A stretch of 64,000 nt of DNA from Eukaryota sp. TZLM1-RC (Eukaryota; Protista; Metamonada: BaSk clade). The translations under genes and the position numbers were made by a program. The stretch spans positions 3,782,001 to 3,846,000 of the forward strand of contig JAUPSS010000002.1 in the NCBI GenBank assembly GCA_040285825.1, given 5' to 3'. Below are positions 55,637 to 64,000 of the stretch, piece after piece. The notes under the pieces were generated by a model. The model was given only the letters and a program-made list of their open reading frames with translations, was not told the origin of the DNA and ran no database searches. Every line of letters begins with the position of its first letter. Positions within the stretch are counted from its first letter, which is position 1.

Positions 55637-57590
55637 TCATCTCCTCAACAGAGCTTCTGGGCAAATGTATCTTTCAGGCCACAATTCCGCTTTCTTCTTA
55701 ATTTGGATATTTTTTGCAGAGGAAATATCTCTGTCATATACTGTTTGACACTCAGTACAAATACGCATCTGCCATGAGTCTGCTAGAATATTCTCAGCCA
55801 TGCAACAACTTGACAGTTTGCTTGTATTAAATTCACTGGTTGACAAGTGCTTCACATCCTTTTGATAACACAACCATTTTTTGAAAGCCCTTCCTGATCC
55901 GTATCGATTGACTTTTCGGCATTGAGAAGGGAAATTAGCAGAACCCACAGCAAGATAGAGTTTATCATTATGTCCTGCCAGCCTTTGAAATTTGTTGAGA
56001 GTCTCTCTGAACCGTCTCTCTTTTCGTCTGCGGTTATCAAATTTAATTATTTTCCATTTCTGGCGATTACTTTCCAAATACACTTTCCTCCTGACCAAAT
56101 TCCAATGGTTCAAATATTGGTTGAAATTTTGAACGGAATATTGGTTGGGAGAGTGTTTACTGGGTGAAGGTTTTGTCATGTATCTTCTGCCAGTTGGACA
56201 AGGGATAACTCCACATTGATTATCATTTAAGAAGTAACCACATAATCTTGATTGGCCAAGATCAACGCCGATAAGGGGGCTTTCAGGTAAAATTTCGACT
56301 GGATGTCTACGTCTTCGATTGGGCATTTTTTTAGTACCCTTCAACTGTGTTTCTCTGGTTTTGTTGGCATTAGGGTCACTTTTCATTTCATTTTTTGATC
56401 TTCTTTTCTTTTTCGGTGGTTCATCCAGCTCATCTGTGTTTTCTCAGTCATAATTTTTACCTTCAAAGGTCAAAAGCAGTTCATTACCATTAGTTTTCAA
56501 TAAAATTTTGTTAATCTATTTTTCAAACTTTTTCTGTTGATATTGAATTTTTGGTGAGGACATTGTTTGAATATTCGTTTCAGACATGTATTTTTGATAA
56601 ACTTTGTTTTGGAAGATGATCCTTCAATAATTGGAAATTTTTTCACATAGTGGAAAATTTGTGAAGGTATTCAATAAATTTAGAACCTTTATGAGAAGCT
56701 AAAGGTATTATTCTAATTTTCTTCCAGCAATGCATATGAGAAAAGAAAGTGAGTAAGTACTGTGAAATTTTAAGATTGAAGAGAAAAAGCTCACCAATTT
56801 CCTTTGATGAAAAAGTGATTTTACCATGTGAGGACAGTAGGGAGGCAGTGGTAGGAAATCTTTGAAGGAGATTCAAGATAAACTTACATGCATTTAATAA
56901 AAAGAATCTTTCTCTTGAATTATTCAAATTGAAATTGATGTAGTATTCAAGAACAGAATCAACTACTACTTCCTCGGGTTGGGCTAGTGGTTCATCTGGC
57001 AAAAGTGAAAGAATATTATTTGCACAGACATTTGTTTTATCCAGAACTCTACAATGAGCACGAATAAAGTTTTTTGTCCAGGATTGACAAATTTTATGTA
57101 AACTTGTCTTCACGTTAGACGCCAATTGACGAGTTCGACAAGCAAGGTAAGGACAAAGCCCTTTTCTATTGATAAAATTACAATTCTGAGATTGCAGCCA
57201 AGCATTGAGAAAAAGATTTAATGAATTTCTGTAAGGCACTAAAGAATTTTCCCACACAGAAACAAGAGACCTGTCTTGTGGGCATTCAGGAAGAAATCGA
57301 TTGTAAAAGATATGGAGTAATTGGCGTTGGCCTTTAAATGTGGAAGGCTTAGGAAAAGAACCAGTGGTGATGACGGTCATAAACAGATACCATACATCCT
57401 GTTCCACTAAAGCTCTAGATGCCAACGGAAAATTTAGAAGAAAAGATTGAAGCAATAAAGAAGCTTCATGACAAATCTCGCTGACCACAGGAAGGTCAGT
57501 CCGAATTTGTTGCACCGCTGCAGGGTTCAGCAGCGAGTTATGTGCACAAGACCGAGTGAATACACGTGACACAGAGTGAATGTTTGTCAT
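55637..57590 (-). pseudogene. Fanzor family 2, frameshifted between about 56390 and 56680
   Basis: Two track ORFs match the N- and C-terminal parts of 34506-36461; RuvC D/E/D retained. Confidence 0.9.
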
Positions 57591-57797
57591 TTAGTGAGAG
57601 AAAACAGCTCATCTATCAAATTTTACACTTGTCACCCTATGTTCGACTTCTTGTTGCCTGTTCTGGGAGGTTTTCAACCCTCAACTTTGTTTTGGGAGGT
57701 TTTCACTATTCTTACACTTTCCCCTCATTTCATAAACTAGGTTCATAAACTAAGTATCCTTTGTAAAAGTTTCTGGAATTTCAACTCTATGTAACTC

Positions 57798-58220
57798 ATG
57801 AAAGACGCTCTCAGCATCATCAACAGATTAGTCCACGATACTTCTTTGTCTAAAGAACGTTTTTTTGTTGGTTTTGAGGATAGATTTGGCGGTGTATTCT
57901 TCCTCCCTCTTCACGATTTTCTTGCCTTATCTGTACCATCTCACAGAATTCGCTACATATCTAAAGGAAACTCAATTCTCTGGTCTCGCACAAAACGAAT
58001 CAACCTTATTGGCTCTGTTGCACCTTCTGTTTCTTTATTCTCATCTCCAACACCTGGTGTTTTCTCCCGATATTTTCCTCCTCATGCTACTGGTAGAAAG
58101 AATTTCCAGTTACCCTTCTTCTCTAACATTGTTTCTTGTAGTGTAGGTGTTCATCATACATTGGCACTCACTGCTTGTGGTAATTGCTATGGATTTGGTC
58201 TGAACAAATCTACCAATTAG
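57798..58220 (+). CDS. MJ1316 (DUF504) RNA cyclic-end recognition domain plus partial RCC1 repeat
   Basis: IINRLVHD..FFVGFEDRFGG..VPSHRIRYI..ILWSR..RINL matches the MJ1316 pattern seen in LENG9; IVSCSVGVHHTLALTACGNCYGFGLN is an RCC1 repeat. Confidence 0.82.
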   Translation: MKDALSIINRLVHDTSLSKERFFVGFEDRFGGVFFLPLHDFLALSVPSHRIRYISKGNSILWSRTKRINLIGSVAPSVSLFSSPTPGVFSRYFPPHATGRKNFQLPFFSNIVSCSVGVHHTLALTACGNCYGFGLNKSTN

Positions 58221-58996
58221 GCAACAACTACCCCCAAAGCAGCACTTTCAAACCGTTTTCCTAAGATTTTTTAGAAATTCAATCAATTTATCTATCCTAA
58301 ATGAACCCTGGAGAAAACCAAAAGTCGAAATGCTATACGACACGTGTGGATAAGGTTTGTCAAGTGGCATAAAGGTAGTTAGTGTTCATCATCTACTGAG
58401 ATTTCATGTTATTATTGATTAGCTACTTGCTTCAATTGTGATGTATCCGGGACAATTCCACAGAAATGATACTATCAATAATGATTGAAGTTTGTTAACA
58501 ATAATTGAGTTCTGCGCAACAGTGAAAAGATTTCTGTATGTATGTTATCATGAAGCTTCAGTTGTTTTGATGAACACACAACCATCCTTTTATGAACAGC
58601 AATAATAAATCCTCTATTAATGAGAAAAACATTAAAACAACCAACAAAAGATTCACATATTTACACTGTTGTGGCAACATGTCAATGCTAAAACATTAAA
58701 ATCAAATAATTAAGCCATATTTATTTCTATGCAATACAAATCCAACTATTCTTATTGTTTAGCTTTCATTGACAAGCTTCTTCCTAAAGTTAACAGTCAA
58801 ATAAAAGTTAAAAGTCAAATAAAGTTTTATAGACCACAGCTGACGGAGAGAATTGATGTTTGAAAGAATTTCAAAGGTCAAAGGCATCTCAATAGGTCAG
58901 AAACACAAAAAAGGGATTAGGGAGGGATTAGGGAGGGAAGGGAAAAAAAGGGATTTGTATTCAACCTAAAATTCAACCACAGTAATATCTTTCAAA

Positions 58997-61900
58997 ATGG
59001 ACGAGGGTGAACCTTTGACCCCTCCAGGATCCCCCCACCATTCAGATCCCTCAAGTTTCCTACTTCCAACACCAGATGTTTCCCCTCTTTCGGATTCTGC
59101 AACTCCTCCTCCTATCACAACAGTGAGTCGTGCACTCACCTATTCACCCTCTGAACAATCCTTTTCTGCTTCTCTCCTCTTCAAAGACATGCTATCTCAA
59201 TCTCCTGCTCAGGACTCATCCCCTCCCCCTCCTGACCTCGACCACACTATCAACAGCACCGAAGTTCAACTTAATACATACCCTGAAGACATTCAGACCT
59301 ACGCTAAACTACACTCTCTTTACAAGCTCAAATGTGCTCGTCTTGAAGAAGAAATAAGCCGGCAAGCACGTATTCAAGATTCATTATCATCTGACGAATT
59401 CTCTCATTTACAGGAAGTTTTAAATGAAATTGATTCTCTTAAATTATCCCTGCAGTCCTTGGAAGCTAGTAATCTCCAAGCTGAACAAATAGCTGCACTT
59501 GCTGAACGTAGTAGAAGCGAAACTGAAGCAAGATTAATCAGAGAAGAAGCCAAAAATGATGCATTGTTGAGTAGAGTTGAAGAATTAGACCGACAATACC
59601 AAGAAACTTTACAGGCTTTGACTAGTTATGAGGAAGAAGTTTTGGAATTAAGAAGTGAAGTCAGTAAGATTGCTGGTGAACGCGGTGATTTGAAAAGTAA
59701 TTTGGCTGATCTGGGCATTGAATTGGAAGAGGCGAAGTTGAGTAATGCTGAGTTGGAACTAAAGAATAACGATTTAGTAAAAGAAATTGAAAATTGGAGT
59801 TCCGAGTATAGTATTCTGGAACAGCGTTTGTTATTCGAAAGAAGTGAACGTGATGATTTGTTAAAAGATTTGGAATTAATTGCTGGCAGGGGGAATCGAA
59901 CCCTCATGGGGGAATCTGGTGACGAAAATGTTGATTTGGTTTCAGTGTTAAGAGATGAGTTTAAAAGTTTAGTTAATGAAGTTAATGAATTACAGGATGA
60001 ATTAGATAAAGAAAAGAAAGCTTCTGGTAGTGTCAGGAAGTTACTTAATGAGGAAGCAGCAACAAGCAGAAATTTATTGGAAGAGGTACAACAACTTAAA
60101 TCAGAAAACACTGAATTAAATACCAAATTAGAGGAAGAAAGCTCTGAACTTGCTAAGTTACAGTCTAATTACTCTCAATTAGAGCAAATTAATTCTGAAT
60201 TAAATACCAAATTAGAGGAAGAAAATTCAAGTTTGGCATCCACATTTAAAGAATTGACTGAACTCAAAGAAAATTACTCTCAATTAGAGCAAATTAATTC
60301 TGAATTAAATACCAAATTAGAGGAAGAAAGCTCTGAACTTGCCAATTTACAGTCTAATTACTCTCAATTAGAGCAAATTAATTCTGAATTAAATACCAAA
60401 TTAGAGGAAGAAAATTCAAGTTTGGCATCCACATTTAAAGAATTGACTGAACTCAAAGAAAATTACTCTCGATTAGAGCAAATTAATTCTGAATTAAATA
60501 CCAAATTAGAGGAAGAAAATTCAAGTTTGGCATCCACAATTAAAGAATTGACTGAACTCAAAGAAAATTACTCTCGATTAGAGCAAATTAATTCTGAATT
60601 AAATACCAAATTAGAGGAAGAAAGCTCTGAACTTGCCAATTTACAGTCTAATTACTCTCAATTAGAGCAAATTAATTCTGAATTAAATACCAAATTAGAG
60701 GAAGAAAATTCAAGTTTGGCATCCACATTTAAAGAATTGACTGAACTCAAAGAAAATTACTCTCAATTAGAGCAAATTAATTCTGAATTAAATACCAAAT
60801 TAGAGGAAGAAAGCTCTGAACTTGCCAATTTACAGTCTAATTACTCTCAATTAGAGCAAATTAATTATGAATTATATACCAAATTAGAGGAAGAAAATTC
60901 AAGTTTGGCATCCACATTTAAAGAATTGACTGAACTCAAAGAAAATTACTCTCGATTAGAGCAAATTAATTCTGAATTAAATACCAAATTAGAGGAAGAA
61001 AATTCAAGTTTGGCATCCACAATTAAAGAATTGACTGAACTCAAAGAAAATTACTCTCGATTAGAGCAAATTAATTCTGAATTAAATACCAAATTAGAGG
61101 AAGAAAGCTCTGAACTTGCCAATTTACAGTCTAATTACTCTCGATTAGAGCAAATTAATTCTGAATTAAATACCAAATTAGAGGAAGAAAGCTCTGAACT
61201 TGCCAATTTACAGTCTATTTACTCTCAATTAGAGCAAATTAATTCTGAATTAAATACCAAATTAGAGGAAGAAAATTCAAGCCTGGCATCCACATTTAAA
61301 GAATTGACTGAACTCAAAGAAAATTACTCTCAATTGGAGCAAATTAATTCTGAATTAAATACCAAATTAGAGGAAGAAAGCTCTGAACTTGTCAATTTAC
61401 AGTCTAATTACTCTCAATTAGAGCAAATTAATTCTGAATTAAATATCAAATTAGAGGAAGAAAGCTCTGAACTTGTCAATTTACAGTCTAATTACTCTCA
61501 ATTAGAGCAAATTAATTCTGAATTAAATACCAAATTAGAGGAAGAAAATTCAAGTTTGGCATCCACATTTAAAGAATTGACTGAACTCAAAGAAAATTAC
61601 TCTCAATTAGAGCAAATTAATTCTGAATTAAATACCAAATTAGAGGAAGAAAAATTCAAGTTTGGCATCCACATTTAAAGAATTGACTGAACTTAAAGAA
61701 AATTATTCTCAATTAGAGCAAATTAATTCTGAATTAAATACCAAATTAGAGGAAGAAAATTCAAGTTTGGCATCCACATTTAAAGAATTGACTGAACTTA
61801 AAGAAAATTATTCTCAATTAGAGCAAATTAATTCTGAATTAAATACCAAATTAGAGGAAGAAAATTCAAGTTTGGCATCCACATTTAAAGAATTGACTGA

Positions 61901-64000
61901 ACTCAAAGAAAATTATTCTCAATTAGAGCAAATTAATTCTGAATTAAATACCAAATTAGAGGAAGAAAGCTTGGAACTTGCCAATTTACATTCTAATTAC
62001 TCTCAATTAGAGCAAATTAATTCTGAATTAAATACCAAATTAGAGGAAGAAAGCTCTGAACTTGCCAATTTGCAGTCTAATTACTCTCAATTAGAGCAAA
62101 TTAATTCTGAATTAAATACCAAATTAGAGGAAGAAAATTCAAGTTTGGCATCCACATTTAAAGAATTGACTGAACTCAAAGAAAATTATTCTCAATTAGA
62201 GCAAATTAATTCTGAATTAAATACCAAATTAGAGGAAGAAAGCTCTGAACTTGCTAAATTACAGTGTAATTACTCTCAATTAGAGCAAACTAATTCTGAA
62301 TTAAATACCAAATTAGAGGAAGAAAGCTCTGAACTTGCTAAATTACAGTGTAATTACTCTCAATTAGAGCAAACTAATTCTGAATTAAATACCAAATTAG
62401 AGGAAGAAAGCTCTGAACTTGCTAAATTACAGTCTAATTACTCTCAATTAGAGCAAATTAATTCTGAATTAAATACCAAATTAGAGGAAGAAAGCTCTGA
62501 ACTTGCCAATTTACAGTCTAATTACTCTCAATTAGAGCAAATTAATTCTGAATTAAATACCAAATTAGAGGAAGAAAGCTCTGAACTTGCTAAATTACAG
62601 TCTAATTACTCTCAATTAGAGCAAATTAATTCTGAATTAAATACCAAATTAGAGGAAGAAAATTCAAGTTTGGCATCCACATTTAAAGAATTGACTGAAC
62701 TCAAAGAAAATTACTCTCAATTAGAGCAAATTAATTCTGAATTAAATACCAAATTAGAGGAAGAAAATTCAAGTTTGGCATCCACATTTAAAGAATTGAC
62801 TGAACTCAAAGAAAATTACTCTCAATTAGAGCAAATTAATTCTGAATTAAATACCAAATTAGAGGAAGAAAAATTCAAGTTTGGCATCCACATTTAAAGA
62901 ATTGACTGAACTTAAAGAAAATTATTCTCAATTAGAGCAAATTAATTCTGAATTAAATACCAAATTAGAGGAAGAAAATTCAAGTTTGGCATCCACATTT
63001 AAAGAATTGACTGAACTCAAAGAAAATTATTCTCAATTAGAGCAAATTAATTCTGAATTAAATACCAAATTAGAGGAAGAAAGCTTGGAACTTGCCAATT
63101 TACATTCTAATTACTCTCAATTAGAGCAAATTAATTCTGAATTAAATACCAAATTAGAGGAAGAAAGCTCTGAACTTGCCAATTTGCAGTCTAATTACTC
63201 TCAATTAGAGCAAATTAATTCTGAATTAAATACCAAATTAGAGGAAGAAAGCTCTGAACTTGCCAATTTGCAGTCTAATTACTCTCAATTAGAGCAAATT
63301 AATTCTGAATTAAATACCAAATTAGAGGAAGAAAATTCAAGTTTGGCATCCACATTTAAAGAATTGACTGAACTCAAAGAAAATTATTCTCAATTAGAGC
63401 AAATTCATTCTGAATTAAATACCAAATTAGAGGAAGAAAATTCAAGTTTGGCATCCACATTTAAAGAATTGACTGAATTCAAAGAAAATTACTCTCAATT
63501 AGAGCAAATTAATTCTGAATTAAATACCAAATTAGAGGAAGAAAGCTCTGAATTTGCTAAATTACAGTGCAATTACTCTCAATTAGAGCAAACTAATTCT
63601 GAATTAAATACCAAATTAGAGGAAGAAAGCTCTGAACTTGCTAAATTACAGTGCAATTACTCTCAATTAGAGCAAACTAATTCTGAATTAAATACCAAAT
63701 TAGAGGAAGAAAGCTCTGAACTTGCTAAATTACAGTCTAATTACTCTCAATTAGAGCAAATTAATTCTGAATTAAATACCAAATTAGAGGAAGAAAATTC
63801 AAGTTTGGCATCCACATTTAAAGAATTGACTGAACTCAAAGAAAATTACTCTCAATTAGAGCAAATTAATTCTGAATTAAATACCAAATTAGAGGAAGAA
63901 AATTCAAGTTTGGCATCCACATTTAAAGAATTGACTGAATTCAAAGAAAATTACTCTCAATTAGAGCAAATTAATTCTGAATTAAATACCAAATTAGAGG
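58997..64000 (+). CDS. Very long coiled-coil protein with Pro/Ser-rich N-terminus; incomplete at window end; frameshifts near 61650 and 62870
   Basis: Heptad-rich sequence followed by a coding minisatellite. Confidence 0.8.
60110..64000 (+). repeat. Coding minisatellite of 84-bp and 105-bp units
   Basis: SSELANLQSNYSQLEQINSELNTKLEEE (28 aa) and NSSLASTFKELTELKENYSQLEQINSELNTKLEEE (35 aa). Confidence 0.95.

Larger units (their letters stand above)
55303..58982 (-). mobile_element. Fanzor family 2 element, copy 2 (3680 bp), TA-flanked
   Basis: Plus strand TA|CTGTGAATTT ... AATTCAACCACAG|TA; colinear with 33112-36734. Confidence 0.88.

Noticed and set aside
60110-64000. Regular repeats as a CRISPR-like array
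   Set aside because: In-frame coding repeats with only two alternating unit types
1-64000. Non-standard genetic code explaining broken ORFs; also the many short antisense ORFs in the track
   Set aside because: Conserved host genes are open and end in TAA, TAG or TGA; breaks are concentrated in repeats; the short ORFs are shadows of real genes

Overview
AT-rich, gene-dense, intron-poor eukaryotic (protist-like) DNA using the standard genetic code; no prokaryotic operons, rRNA, tRNA or CRISPR arrays were seen. Host genes: a BTB protein split by a LINE insertion, BAHD acyltransferase, asteroid/FAM120-like PIN protein, RPA49, a secreted hypothetical protein, RBM39-like, USP39/Sad1, a secretory-pathway DnaJ, glucosidase II alpha (one 31-nt intron), a multi-PH protein and a giant coiled-coil minisatellite gene running off the end. 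Much of the window is mobile DNA: (i) several families of CRE-like RLE non-LTR retrotransposons (one full-length, many 5'-truncated); (ii) a recent Ty3/Gypsy element with identical 171-bp LTRs, no tRNA primer-binding site and a large unknown domain in pol, plus a solo LTR; (iii) at least two families of Fanzor (eukaryotic TnpB). The best candidate for a new system is a 3.6-kb TA-flanked, transposase-less element present twice (33112-36734, 55303-58982). It carries a Fanzor, a structured 3' region (candidate omegaRNA), a divergent MJ1316 RNA-end-recognition/RCC1 cargo gene and a G-quadruplex/telomere-like left end, and both copies sit after ATATTA. The other Fanzor is fused in frame to a family-B DNA polymerase exonuclease fragment and has a stand-alone right-end copy. 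All four well-defined Fanzor insertions have one end within 0-14 nt of a host start codon. All calls rest on motif recognition by eye; no searches were run.
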